DNA of 64,000 bases from Nitrososphaerales archaeon (lineage in GTDB: Archaea > Thermoproteota > Nitrososphaeria > Nitrososphaerales > UBA213), in NCBI GenBank assembly GCA_965197925.1, contig CBDAOC010000020.1, forward strand, positions 1,001,497-1,065,496. Direction: 5' to 3'. The number at the start of each line of letters is the position of its first letter. The first letter of the stretch is position 1. Made by a program: the position numbers and the translations under genes. The notes beneath the pieces were generated by a model that saw only the letters and a list, made by a program, of their open reading frames with translations, was not told the origin of the DNA and did no database searches. Below are positions 1 through 11,900 of the stretch, piece by piece.

Positions 1-611
1 ACGCTCAGGTATAGATACAGATGCTCGATGGGGATTCAGCAGAACCAAGGGATGGATATTCGGATACAAGATGCATCTAGCATGTAGTACTGGTTCGTTG
101 ATAGTTCCATTATCAGCTGATTTCACAACAGCTAACATTACTGATAACAAGATGTATGAAAGCATAACATCTTCATTGCCTACAGGAATGGTAAGGTATG
201 TTGTAGGAGATGAAGGATATGATGATCACAAGTTATGTGATTTCAGCAGGTATAGAGGGCATCTACTAATATTCCCATTGGAAAGGTACAAGCATACTAC
301 AGATAATAATAGACTGGCATTGCTGCAGTTCTATAACTCTGAATATGGGCAGCATGTATATTCTCGGAGGAGCATAAGCGTTGAGCCATTGATAGAGCAG
401 ATAAAGGATGTATTTGATATAGACTCATTACCAGTTAGAGGATTTGATAAAGCTAGGAGCATCGTTCTGATTTCTATATTGCTATACCAGCTGATGGTAT
501 ACTACAACTACTTGACAGGAAGACCATTAAGGGCATTGAAGCACATGTTGGGAAGTTAATCAATCAGAGGCATCAAGTTATTTTTGTTATATGGAATAAT
601 GCCCATGCCTC
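1..611 (+). mobile_element. IS type A copy 1 (DDE transposase), cut by the window edge
   Basis: ORF 71..559 is near-identical to the other four copies; right TIR AATAATGCCCATGCCTC ends at 611. Confidence 0.92.
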
Positions 612-696
612 AACTATTTATGAAATCCTTGGTAATTATGGGTTAACTAGTCAAAATTGCATAGTTATTTATTTAGTTCCAATATTTAGCATCTTC

Positions 697-1236
697 ATGA
701 TGTGTAAGATTTATTCCAATTTGTTACTTATTGGTACAATGGTAATATTGACTGGAACGGAGCTTGCTTCGGCTCAGGAAGCTACCCTAGGTTTGGAAGG
801 ACCAATTGTAACATCAACGGACAAGGATTCAATTGACGTAGAACTCTCCTGGTCCCCCACACCTTTAGAACCAGATCAGGAAACTAAAATGCATATTCGC
901 TTCCTTCAAAAAGATAAGGGAATATTACAACAGCATGTAGATTATAAGATATTTATTGAGAAGGATGGAAGTGAAGTTTATAGAATACCTATTACACATA
1001 CAAATCCAGGGGAAGTTACAATACCTTACACCTTCACCACTACAGGTGATTTTCTGATAGGCATTGATGTTGAAGGCATACTCTTCCAACCCATCCCCAA
1101 AGAAACTGCAACTTTTTCGATCCTAGTGGTGCCGGAATTCCCGGTTAGTGCAATTATTGTAATGAGTGTTGTTATAGCTTTTGTTGTTTTGTTGGCACGA
1201 GCGCAACCAATTATGAAACCTATATATAAAAACTGA
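697..1236 (+). CDS. Secreted YtkA/Ig-like domain protein with PEF-CTERM sorting signal
   Basis: Signal peptide; QHVDY and HTNPG motifs; C-terminal VPEFP + TM helix + basic tail. Confidence 0.8.
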   Translation: MMCKIYSNLLLIGTMVILTGTELASAQEATLGLEGPIVTSTDKDSIDVELSWSPTPLEPDQETKMHIRFLQKDKGILQQHVDYKIFIEKDGSEVYRIPITHTNPGEVTIPYTFTTTGDFLIGIDVEGILFQPIPKETATFSILVVPEFPVSAIIVMSVVIAFVVLLARAQPIMKPIYKN

Positions 1237-1250
1237 ATACCTTAGAAAAT

Positions 1251-2675
1251 ATGAATAGAGATTATTTGATGTTTAGTCTTGTAACATCCCTATTGGTTTT
1301 TTCGGCTTTGAGTTATAGTTCAGCGTTTGGTCATGGTCTAGCAGGTGATATGCCACCACCCGTTGATCTAAGTGGTAAGAATGTGACAGTTTTTGTCAAG
1401 ATGAGTCCTGCCGCATTGAGTGCTAGCGCTCCTGAAGATGCTACACTTGATATAAGATTCTTCGATACCAAAACTGATGAAAACTTTGAGCAGGTCACGT
1501 ACCGAGTGTGGGTGAAGAAAGAGGGCGAATTGTTAATGAATGAGTGGTTTTATCATCCCAATGGAGATCTGCAGATAAAGATCAGACCTACGGATACAGA
1601 AAAGGTAAAGGTTTATGGTGAGCAGGAATTGCAGCTGGGAGGATGGTTTGGTAGAGGCGGACCTCCGGTTGTGGAAGCGCCTATATTTCTTGAAGGTGGA
1701 TTGTATAATATTTTTGTAGAGATATTTACCGTTGGTACTACTAGGCAGATATTGGATCCACCATTGGAATTTGATGCTTGGGTAAGTGTGGCTGAAGATA
1801 ATTTATTCACAGTTGTTGACAATGGCAAAGAATATCCAATCACGGTTAGAACTTACTTCGACACGATAAGTGAGTTTGAGTTTGATGAGAATAACAAGAC
1901 ATTAACCTTTAGAATGCCATTCAACTGGGAGCCTCAATTTACAAAGCTGGTCTATGTAGTACATGAAGAGATTATCGTTCCAAAGGATTTTCAGCAATTC
2001 ATTGAATCAGGCAAATATCAAGCAAGTGTGAACGATGTTCCAATAGTGGGGAGGGCTCTCCTTGTGGATCCATATTCTTTTGAAGACAAACTCGTGATAC
2101 ATTACTTGATTCCTACTCAGGAACTTGAGCAGATAGGTGAGCAAATTGCAACGGATTCTACATATCCAGAAGAGATGGTATTTAGCCTCAGACCAATCGA
2201 AGGCAGTGAAATAAGTAAAGGCAATAGCATGAATCTGTTCACCGATAACAACAAGGTAAGGATAGTGGTTGGATGGAATCAGGAGATGATCGAACCCACC
2301 GAGCCTGTGAATTTTGATCTTACCTTTTTCGATACAGATACCAACGCTATAATGCGTGATGTTAATTATAACTTTAAAATATTCGATGATAATGGTAATG
2401 AGATTTACTTTAGGAATAATATGTTAAGTGCTGAAGGGATAGACACGCATACCCATACATTTGAAAGCATTGGTTCCGCTACAATACAGATTCATGTGTT
2501 AGGCACTGGTTCATTTACTCAGATAGATGACTCCCTCATGGGAACTGCTGAAGGTTCGATAAGTATCGTGCCAGAGTTTCCCATCGGCGCTATAATAGCC
2601 ATGGCAGGTGCTGTTACTGCGGTATTATTATTCACACGTGCTAAGCTATTTCCTGATTTGATGAAAATTCATTGA
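1251..2675 (+). CDS. PEF-CTERM surface protein with predicted mature N-terminal His (paralogue 1)
   Basis: AFG|HGLAG after signal peptide; C-terminal IVPEFP + TM; aligns by eye with 2646..4025 and 19939..21366. Confidence 0.85.
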   Translation: MNRDYLMFSLVTSLLVFSALSYSSAFGHGLAGDMPPPVDLSGKNVTVFVKMSPAALSASAPEDATLDIRFFDTKTDENFEQVTYRVWVKKEGELLMNEWFYHPNGDLQIKIRPTDTEKVKVYGEQELQLGGWFGRGGPPVVEAPIFLEGGLYNIFVEIFTVGTTRQILDPPLEFDAWVSVAEDNLFTVVDNGKEYPITVRTYFDTISEFEFDENNKTLTFRMPFNWEPQFTKLVYVVHEEIIVPKDFQQFIESGKYQASVNDVPIVGRALLVDPYSFEDKLVIHYLIPTQELEQIGEQIATDSTYPEEMVFSLRPIEGSEISKGNSMNLFTDNNKVRIVVGWNQEMIEPTEPVNFDLTFFDTDTNAIMRDVNYNFKIFDDNGNEIYFRNNMLSAEGIDTHTHTFESIGSATIQIHVLGTGSFTQIDDSLMGTAEGSISIVPEFPIGAIIAMAGAVTAVLLFTRAKLFPDLMKIH

Positions 2676-4025
2676 TCCACATCTCGTAATTACTATCATG
2701 GTAGAAACTATAGCAAGAAAAATTACAAATGGGCCCAATGGAAATTCAGGTACCACGGTTATGAGCAGAGGCGCAGACTCGCCTGTATTGTTTATGTTTT
2801 CAATTAGTAGAAGTATGGTCCCCGTCTGTTCTTCAGTAAAGGTATAATCCTGCACTATTGCTCCAATGGGAGCTTTGTGATGCTTTCTTACAATCTCCTT
2901 TCCATCCTTGAAAATCACCAGGTCAGCACTAGAATTTTTCAGTGTGTCAAGTGTTTTGGGGTCTCTTAATGTAACTATGAATTTTGTGGGTTTGCCAGGT
3001 TCTATAATCCCTGGACTCCATGATATCTGTAGTAAGAAATTTTCCTTCGCAGATAAGATCTCCAGAGGAAATTTTGGAATATCCCTTGGCATAAGTGTAA
3101 ATACAGAAACATTCTGTTCAGGTTTTTGATTTTGTGCTATTCTTATCAACCTATCCTTTCCCACAATGAAATGCACTGTTCGCGTGTTCTCGTATGAATA
3201 ATCATCGAGTAGCAATTCCCTGTTTGAAACTTCAACACCGTTTATTGTTCCGATGTAACTGTTGGACATCAGTCCAGCAAAGTCATTGGAAATCTGTACC
3301 TCCTGATGAATAAAGGGAATCTGGATGAGATAGTTAACATTCCATTCTAATGGCATTCTAAAAGTTATCTTCCTTTCAGAACTATCATAAGAAAGATCAC
3401 TTATTTCATCATAGTAAGTCTTGATGAACAGCATTTGTTTATTATCTTCAGCATCCAAGACCTCATAGTGTGAAGTTTTACCCATACTTGCGAACAGATC
3501 GAATTCCAAAGGCTCTTCAAGTTTATTTTCGTACTTCCACATTGACAAAACAGTGAATTTGTAATGATAAAGTCCCCCAACAAGCACCTTTCCCTTGACC
3601 AAAGCAGGATTGTCAAAATTCACATTAAGAGCATTGTATAGGGATTCCCTATTACCGTACACTTCCATCCTTTCATTATTGACATGTTCAAAACGCATTG
3701 CTATTATTCCATCATGACTATGAAACTTATCGTCGAGTAGAATTTCTCCGGCGCGTATGATCTTTACATTGAGTGTTACATGGGGAACAGTGTTGTCGTT
3801 GTTAATTTCCCGCAGCCGTATTGATGCACTACCAACTTTATCGTCTTCCGTCAGAAATACAGGATTCATGTCTAATGTTATGGAAATTCTTTTATTATCA
3901 ACCAATACCGATCTTGATTCATCGAATCCCAACCCCTGTCCAAATGAGAACTGTTGTATCGAGCTTATTGATACTATTAGTATACCTAGGGCCATCAGTA
4001 CAGAAATTGGAATAGACACATTCAT
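2646..4025 (-). CDS. PEF-CTERM surface protein (paralogue 2)
   Basis: SFG|QGLG; KTYYDEI and FRMP motifs shared with paralogues; VVPEFP + TM; 3' end overlaps the convergent gene by 30 bp. Confidence 0.85.
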   Translation of the reverse strand: MNVSIPISVLMALGILIVSISSIQQFSFGQGLGFDESRSVLVDNKRISITLDMNPVFLTEDDKVGSASIRLREINNDNTVPHVTLNVKIIRAGEILLDDKFHSHDGIIAMRFEHVNNERMEVYGNRESLYNALNVNFDNPALVKGKVLVGGLYHYKFTVLSMWKYENKLEEPLEFDLFASMGKTSHYEVLDAEDNKQMLFIKTYYDEISDLSYDSSERKITFRMPLEWNVNYLIQIPFIHQEVQISNDFAGLMSNSYIGTINGVEVSNRELLLDDYSYENTRTVHFIVGKDRLIRIAQNQKPEQNVSVFTLMPRDIPKFPLEILSAKENFLLQISWSPGIIEPGKPTKFIVTLRDPKTLDTLKNSSADLVIFKDGKEIVRKHHKAPIGAIVQDYTFTEEQTGTILLLIENINNTGESAPLLITVVPEFPLGPFVIFLAIVSTMIVITRCGSMNFHQIRK

Positions 4026-4068
4026 GTTAAAAAAAATCTAGTCTCCCCAATAAATATATTCAGAAATG

Positions 4069-4755
4069 TTAGAAATCTTCACCCTTTCTTTTTCTGGTTA
4101 GAGAAAATATTGCTACAATCACACCTGCAGCTCCAAGTCCAATACCCATCATGCCAAAGTTGTAAGCCCTTTCGGCATCTTTGCGTAGACCTGATGATAG
4201 TTCTAGAGCTTCAGAAGCACTGTCTTCAGCATTACTGATCCTTCCCGATACTTGATCCACGGTTACCTGCAATTGATTCACTGAAGACTGTATTTGTGAT
4301 GCAAGGTTTTTCAACTCGGTAGAGTCTGCTGAGGTATCTGGAAATGCCAATTTCTGTTTACCCTCTGTATCTTCTATCGGGATGTCAGCTTCAACATTAT
4401 TTCCATCAACCATGCCCTTGATCGAGACCACATAACTTCCAGGCCTGGTTGGGATGATGGGAGACAAGTAAGTACCTAATTCTTCCCCCGGGTCTATATC
4501 AATAGTCCTTACAACACCACCATACTTTACCTCTATTGTGATGCTTCTGGGGTCTATAACTAAAGGATTAGAATCCTTTGAAAACCCTAAAAATATGGAA
4601 TTTAGTTCTCCAACAAGAGGAGGTTCATTTTCCCATCCAACTTCTATAACGGCTTCTCCTACATGAATATCAGTATGAGCATATACTTGATGGACAAGAG
4701 AGAAAGAAAGCAAAGATACCACTAGTACAACTGTCGAACATTCTAATCTATTCAC
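4069..4755 (-). CDS. Membrane-anchored surface protein with predicted His1, coiled-coil stalk and C-terminal TM
   Basis: VYA|HTDIH; GWENEPP and PTRPGSY beta-sandwich motifs; heptad-rich stalk; TM then RKRK. Confidence 0.75.
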   Translation of the reverse strand: MNRLECSTVVLVVSLLSFSLVHQVYAHTDIHVGEAVIEVGWENEPPLVGELNSIFLGFSKDSNPLVIDPRSITIEVKYGGVVRTIDIDPGEELGTYLSPIIPTRPGSYVVSIKGMVDGNNVEADIPIEDTEGKQKLAFPDTSADSTELKNLASQIQSSVNQLQVTVDQVSGRISNAEDSASEALELSSGLRKDAERAYNFGMMGIGLGAAGVIVAIFSLTRKRKGEDF

Positions 4756-4871
4756 ACAAAGAGTGGCTAGTTATCCAAATATTACCTTTGTGGAAAAACA
4801 TGGATTATAAATTATAGAATTCCTTACAACTGCACAAGACACAAATAGCAATCCGGGCATTTTTAGTTTTA

Positions 4872-7730
4872 TTGAATAATCATTTTTTAAAAGTGTGTCA
4901 TGTAGGCGCTATAAGTTTCGTTCTCTTGATCACACAATTTTCGGTATTACCTGCCTTTGCTCATCCATTCACCGTTGATACGGAACCGGTGGGACTTGAG
5001 CAGTTACAACAGTCACCTGATAAAGTAGTGATAACATACAGCGAACCTGTTGAAGAAGGGTTCAGTACAATAAAAGTAACTGATTCTTCAGGTAATAGAG
5101 TAGATAATGACGACGCAGGATTCTATCAGGATGATCAGTCGATGCTCATTGTTACTTTACAACCACTACAAGACGATGTATACGCTGTTACATCGAAAGT
5201 CTTGTCACAGGTGGATGGGCATGTGGTAGAATTCACTTATGCCTTCATTGTAGGTATTCCAGGCGTACCCATCCCTGCTGATACTGGTGTTCAAACTACT
5301 ACGCCCGCGATTTTCTTGCCAGAATCATTATCCAGATTTCCTGGACTTGTTGGTCAGGTGATTATTGTTGGTATCAGCTTTGCAACACTATTCCTTTGGA
5401 GACCTATAGATAAGGTAGGCAACATTGACTCTGCTATCTCACAGATTAGATCCTCAATTGACCGACGATTTAAGAAACTGTTGATTATTGGTGTGATACT
5501 TGTATTGGCTTCAGGTTTTGCAATGATCTTTGTACAGGCAGCATCATTAGGAGCTGGTATTGAAACTGCACTTGCAACAAATTTCGGTAGTACTTGGCTT
5601 GTAAGAATGTTGATAGCGTTAATAATCCTAGGGTTATACTTTGCTCTAAGAACTAAGAATCCTCTGAAGAAAATTCATCATGTATCTATTCTTGCAGTTG
5701 GAATAGTATTGCTCGCAACAACTACCATGATGGGTCATGGTTATGCAACTACAATACCAATTGCCGGAGTACTGGACTTTGTACATAATTTGGTGGCATC
5801 GGCATGGATTGGAGGTCTCATCTACCTTGGATTTGTTGCAATACCTTCTATTAGGAAAATAGGATTGAATTTCAAATCTGCTATTATCGCATTGCTAATC
5901 CCAAGGTTCTCAATGATGACCGTGGTTATTCTTGGGGTAGTAGGGATAACAGGACCGCTCTTACTATGGATGCTTGAAAGCAATGTCAATAGTCTCCTAT
6001 TGACATCTTACGGGAAGATTCTGATAACCAAAATTTCGCTTGCTGGGTTTATGATTGGGGTAGGAGCATTCAATCAATTCATTATTCACAGTAAGTCAGT
6101 TACTATCATTAAGTCAGGTGAAGGTAGTAAACGAACGGGTGTGTATAGGAGGTTCAACAAAAGTCTCAAGGTAGAGTCAGCAATAGGTATTGCGCTTTTG
6201 TTAAGCGTCGCTCTCTTGACGAATACATCCCTTCCAGGGGGTGAGTTGCCTGTTGAGACATTATCTGCAAAACAGATTGATGATACTCAAATAGTCGATG
6301 GGAGTTCGCAGAGGAAGTTAATGCAGACATTATTTGTTGATGAATCTATAGTAAATATTTCAATCAAGCCTGCAAGGATTGGAATGAATGAGGTGACGGT
6401 AACCATAACGGATAGTACGGGTAAGGCGTTGGACGACATTGAGAAAGTCCAGATAAAATTAACACAAGTAAAGGAAGGCATAGGCCCACTAATTTCTGGA
6501 TTAACGAAAGTTAAAGATACAAATTTTGATGGTAATACTACTTTAACTGCAAATGGTCGTTGGAATATAGAAGTTCTGGCCCAGAGACAGACAGCTTTGA
6601 GTATTGTTGCATTATTTGATGTGGTGATAAAGCCTGAACTTAGTGAACTACAGTTCAAGGTAGAAGAATATGCAATGCCAGAAGGTGACTCACTCCCCCT
6701 TTACCCACTTTACAGCGACGGCATTCTGTGGGTAAGTGATACAGTCAAACCAAGGATATGGAGTTTCAATATCGAGAATAAACAATTCAACAAGTATGAT
6801 CTGGGTGGAAATCTTACCACTTTGCTTGACCTGGATTCAAAGGGAAATGTATGGTTCCTTGATCCAGTAAGCAGGGAATTTGGTTATCTAACACCCGATG
6901 ATGGAATATTCAAGACCTACGGTACACCTTCCTCAGGACTTCCTGTCTCGCTTGATATAGATTTTAACGATAATGTATGGATAGCCTTGCTGGACACAAA
7001 TAAGATTATGAAGTTCAGCTTATCCAACGAGAAATTTGAAATCTTTGTGCTCCCAACGGAAGAATCACAGCCTTCCGCTGTAAAGGTTGACGATTTTGGT
7101 ACAGTTTGGTTTGTTGAGGCGGCAGCTGGAAAGATAGGGAGAATGGATCCTGATACGGGAAACATTGAAGAATTCATTCCTCCAACTGGACCACTGGCAG
7201 AACCCTTTGCCTTGTTGATAGATGAAGATGGAAACATCTGGATTGCAGAGCACATTGGCCCTAAGGTAACACGTTTTGATCCAACTCTGCAGACTTTTAC
7301 CGGTTTTCTAGCATTGGATCAGGATTCCTTGCCATATGGGATGACGCTGGACAAATTAGGTAACATTTGGTTCGCACAACATGTAGTTGACAACCTTGGT
7401 GTGTTGAATCCACAAAGCAATAACATGGTTGATGTTCAGGTACCAACTCCGACATCCTTTACCCAGTGGTTGACTATAGATGATACAGGAAAGATATGGT
7501 TTGCCGAGCAACGAGGTTCGAAGATAGGCAGTGTAACGATTACACAGAAACTTATAAGCCCCATGATTCAAGCCAAACCCGAAGCGGTACCAAAACTACT
7601 CGAGATAAATTATGTTGATCTAGTTGCCCCTGGCATGTCTGTAGGAATAATCGTATCTTCTTTATTTTACGTTAAGAGCGTACATGATCTGAGAAGGAGT
7701 ATTAAACTCGTGAAGGCAACAGTTCGATAG
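4872..7730 (+). CDS. copCD: CopC-CopD-YtkA-like-beta-propeller (Vgb-like) fusion, copper uptake
   Basis: AFA|HPF and DGH CopC ligands; CopD multi-TM region with GH, HNLVASAWIGG and YGKIL; repeated GNVWF/GNIWF propeller blades; C-terminal TM. Confidence 0.88.
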   Translation: MNNHFLKVCHVGAISFVLLITQFSVLPAFAHPFTVDTEPVGLEQLQQSPDKVVITYSEPVEEGFSTIKVTDSSGNRVDNDDAGFYQDDQSMLIVTLQPLQDDVYAVTSKVLSQVDGHVVEFTYAFIVGIPGVPIPADTGVQTTTPAIFLPESLSRFPGLVGQVIIVGISFATLFLWRPIDKVGNIDSAISQIRSSIDRRFKKLLIIGVILVLASGFAMIFVQAASLGAGIETALATNFGSTWLVRMLIALIILGLYFALRTKNPLKKIHHVSILAVGIVLLATTTMMGHGYATTIPIAGVLDFVHNLVASAWIGGLIYLGFVAIPSIRKIGLNFKSAIIALLIPRFSMMTVVILGVVGITGPLLLWMLESNVNSLLLTSYGKILITKISLAGFMIGVGAFNQFIIHSKSVTIIKSGEGSKRTGVYRRFNKSLKVESAIGIALLLSVALLTNTSLPGGELPVETLSAKQIDDTQIVDGSSQRKLMQTLFVDESIVNISIKPARIGMNEVTVTITDSTGKALDDIEKVQIKLTQVKEGIGPLISGLTKVKDTNFDGNTTLTANGRWNIEVLAQRQTALSIVALFDVVIKPELSELQFKVEEYAMPEGDSLPLYPLYSDGILWVSDTVKPRIWSFNIENKQFNKYDLGGNLTTLLDLDSKGNVWFLDPVSREFGYLTPDDGIFKTYGTPSSGLPVSLDIDFNDNVWIALLDTNKIMKFSLSNEKFEIFVLPTEESQPSAVKVDDFGTVWFVEAAAGKIGRMDPDTGNIEEFIPPTGPLAEPFALLIDEDGNIWIAEHIGPKVTRFDPTLQTFTGFLALDQDSLPYGMTLDKLGNIWFAQHVVDNLGVLNPQSNNMVDVQVPTPTSFTQWLTIDDTGKIWFAEQRGSKIGSVTITQKLISPMIQAKPEAVPKLLEINYVDLVAPGMSVGIIVSSLFYVKSVHDLRRSIKLVKATVR

Positions 7731-7954
7731 TTGTTCTAGAATATACGAAAACGTAAACTAACCAATTTAAAATTTTGACAAATCTGCCGGCTATTATATA
7801 ATACCAAAAAAATTGTTTATGGTTGAATGAATTGGTAACGGCGAGGTTAGGTCACAACGATGTATGGTACTGCATCCTGTTGTGATACTGATATGAGCGT
7901 AAAGGAACTTGAAGGATATATATTCTGTGGGAATTATGCTCAATCCTTAGCCAT

Positions 7955-8299
7955 CTAAAATTCTCGCTCCTCATATTCCTTAGAACGTTTAATGTCATGA
8001 TCTAATGATCTTATGTAATAATCCAGCCATGATAAAACATTTACGTCGGTTTCTTTTTTCCTTAATTCTTCAAATCGTTTTTTCTTTTTTTCATAGTGTA
8101 CTGTTTCAGAACCTGTCCAACCCTCAATATTAAAACTCATGCACGAGTATCTTTTTACCTCTTCTTGATCTCCGTATTTTACCAGAAATTCTCTAATTTC
8201 TTCAAATTTTGGTGGAAGAAAACTTGCAACGTAGCCAAGCCTCGATTTTTCGTCTTCATTTATCCATGCGATAATGTCAGACATGGGAATTATAGTCAT
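7955..8299 (-). pseudogene. Orphan C-terminal fragment of a larger protein
   Basis: Reads like a natural C-terminus (GWTGSE...EEREF); upstream sequence is broken by stops. Confidence 0.4.
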
Positions 8300-8911
8300 T
8301 ATTCCATTCCTTAGCCATTCTCGTATGCCGTGCGCTCTTGAATCTATGGGATCATTCAGAACCAGATTTCAGACATAGGTAAAATCAGACCGAAAATAAG
8401 AGAAATGAACCTAAATGCAAATCGCAAGAGATTCTGGTTAGGAAGTTTAAAATCAATAGATTCTACAGTATCCAATGATTCTATGCCTTTATCGATGAAT
8501 TACTTTAAGAAAGAAGAGATTTAGCTAGATTGTATGGATTTCAATGAATCTGCTCCAAATATACCTGAAGAAAACTAGTTCTTGAGGATGTAGCCACAGC
8601 TGTGCTAAACCTTATTTTGCTTTCGGAATCGTAAATTCCCTCTTAGGGATGCTCATTGTGTAAAATGTGGAGCAATAGGACAGAGGAAGAACTATCAGGA
8701 CAGCACAAACTTAAGGTTCATGAAGGCAATTGAAGGAGATGAAGTTATACGTTTCGACAACACATAGGTGCAGTATGTCTCATGCTAACATTCATGTAGG
8801 AACCTACCCTTAGCAAGTTTTAACAGGACGCAGGCTTGTGCCTACGTTTTCGGTCTAAATACAACTGAAATTTTATCTGTAAGTTCAAGTATAGTTAACA
8901 TACCACTAATA

Positions 8912-11900
8912 GTGATAGAGATGAATCAGCCTAACACAAAAGATGAAATGCTCGAACTTATTAAGAATGAATCAATTAAAAAAAATTATAACTTTGAGAC
9001 TCTACCTGGTTATCTCTTTAAAATAGTATCCAATAGCCTAGAGATCAGGGGTAGTATTCATGAAACGGGTAAGGAGGATGTCAAGGTTAAGGACAAGTGT
9101 TGGATAGGAATTTGGAATCCTATATGGGAGTTCTTTGATGAACTCGGAGACAGATCAAAATGCTTTATCATTGAAATAGATCATCTACAAAACAACCATG
9201 TGGTCATTCCAGTGGACAGAATACCAGAATCTGCTCTTCAACCAGTCGGCAGTGGTCGTGGTTTGTCATTTATTCTAAAAAGAAAGAATGGTTCTTATCA
9301 AATAAATCGGAATGAATCTTTTTCCCTAACAGAATATACTAATAACCTTGAGAAAATGTATGAAGCGCTCTTGCAGGAATCAGTATCTGCTACTGACTCG
9401 CTTTGCAATGAGATCGTTAAGTTAGCGGATCCACAGAAATATTTGGATTCATTAAATAGAGATACTATTACCAGGTGGACAGAAGCACTAAAACCACTCA
9501 ATGCTAAATCGTCAGATGCTTCGTATTACGAGTGGATATCTAAATTGGATTTAAATACACTTACCGAAATTTACGAATTCATTATCCATAAAGAGCAGAC
9601 TATAGAAAACGAAATTGATATATCTGCCATACCCCGTGTTGATAACCTGTCGGGCGCTGCTGTTGTAGTCATGTGCGGTCTTCGTTTCTTACAGAGACAG
9701 GTTTTAGGTAAAGCCAACATGAATGCTCATAAATATACAGTATTAAAGTATCAACTTCAAAAGGCGTTAGAAGAGCAATCCAATTACTGGGTATTCGTCG
9801 TTACTGATCATCCTAAAGAGAACCTAACTACGCAACAAATCTACGAAACGAGAATGAAGGATAAGTTCTGGGGCTTAAACGAAAGAACCCCGTTTCGTAA
9901 TGTACTTCGCAAGGGAGACAGAGTCATTTTTTCCTACGGTGCAAAGCAGTTTCTAGGTATTGCAGCATTGGCCTCTAGTTCGTTTGAATTGTCAAATGAG
10001 CAAAAGACCACTTTGTCACATGATAATGAATACTTTAAGCCGGATTATGGTGTGACGTTGACGGATATAATCACGTGGCAAACACCAAAGCCGATAGAAT
10101 CAATTATTGATATGCTGTCGTTCATAAAAAACAAAGATCAATACCATGCCTATTTCCAAGGTGGTATCAAAAGAATATCAAAAGAGGATTACGAAATCAT
10201 TACCGGAGATTCCCTTGTACCCAAAGAAGAGATGAAAGAGGAAAGCAACTGGATTAAGGACCTTACACAAGCATTTATTGAACTTGGTGGACCAGGTAAT
10301 TTCTATCGTCTAAGTCAAATATACGAAACTATTGTGAAAATCAGAGAGCAACGGAGTGAGGGTCTGCCTAAGAATTATGAAGCCATGATCAGGTTCTATC
10401 TGGAAACGAATTCCCGTGGTACAGGTAGAGATTTGTTTGCACTGAAGGAAAAAGGATCTGGATATTGGATGTTAAAATCTAGCCCATCTACGCAAGAAAG
10501 GGGGATTTGGAAAGTCACACCAGGGAAAACTGCACAATATTGGAATGAATTCCTATCAGCGGGAGTTATAGCAATAGGTTGGAATGAGTTACCTGATTTG
10601 TCTAACGTAGAAAACAAAGAGGAACTCAAAAAATTATTCAGAGAAACATATCCAAATAGAAGTGATGATGAAGTGAATCATCAGACCGCGGAGATTTGGA
10701 ATTTCGTCAAGGAAATTAAGGAAGATGATATAATTGTAGCAAACAAAGGAATAACCAAAATAGTTGGAATTGGAAAAGTGATAGGCAATTATTATCATGA
10801 ACCTGACTTTGTTTATCACCACACAATTCCCGTAGATTGGTATGATACGAAAGAGAAGGACATACCACCACAAGCTTGGCAAAGGACTGTTATGAAATTA
10901 GAAGAGGATAAGATAAAAGAACTTGGCATTATCACAGAAGTAACAGTAGAAGAAATATACCTGAGAAAACCGCAGAATCTAGCAATAAGAATTCAGAATG
11001 TTATGGAAAAACTAGCGGTATCAAGAGAGACACTTGAAGATATAGTGACTAACTTACTTGCTGGAAATCATGTGATTTTAATTGGTGCACCAGGAACGGG
11101 AAAGACAGAATTGGCTAAATTACTTCCGAAATTATTCTTTGATAATAGTGATTCTCTTGATTCCGAAACAAATTACTGTGATATTGTTACGGCCAATGCT
11201 GACTGGACTACCTACGATGTTATTGGTGGACTAAAAAAAGTTGGTAATGATTTGAAGACCTACAAGGGATGCGTAGTAAAAGCAGTAGAGAAATGTTCAC
11301 GCACAAAGAGTCACTGGTTAATAATAGACGAGTTCAACAGAGCCGATATAGATAAGGCCTTTGGTGCTATGTTTACAGCAATGAATCATGGTTTTATTAA
11401 TCATCCATGGCTTAATCCTGATAAAGAAATGGAGGAAGGTGATGTATTAGTACCTGCAAATTTCCGCATTATCACCACGATGAACACCTTCGACAAAAAT
11501 TATCTGTACACAATGTCTTATGGCCTGAGTCGCAGATTTGCGCATATAGACGTTCCTGTACCCCCAAGAGATCAAGAGAAAAAAATCTTAGATCGAGAGG
11601 TAACTGAAAGGTTAAAAGGTTTTACTAGAGAGGAAGTAGAGAATATTCTTAGGTCAAAATTTTTCGTTAATGCAAAGGAGGAGTTGCTTAAAGTTGTCTA
11701 TGAGATTAGAAGCGAGTGTGGTTTACAAGTTGGAACCGCGCAGGTAATTTCAACACTTACTAGTATAGCAACATACTTGTTGCTGGGGAATGAGAATCAA
11801 ACCGTAGACAGAGCGTTTCTTTCTAATGTAGTTGCTATTTTTGAAGGTCAACCCGATGACATGCTTGAAAAGATCATAGGTGCAGTGCCGTGGCGAGAGA

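Noticed and set aside
7852..7885. Stem-loop TCACAAC...GTTGTGA as an ncRNA or att site
   Set aside because: Single imperfect hairpin, no second copy and no tRNA features
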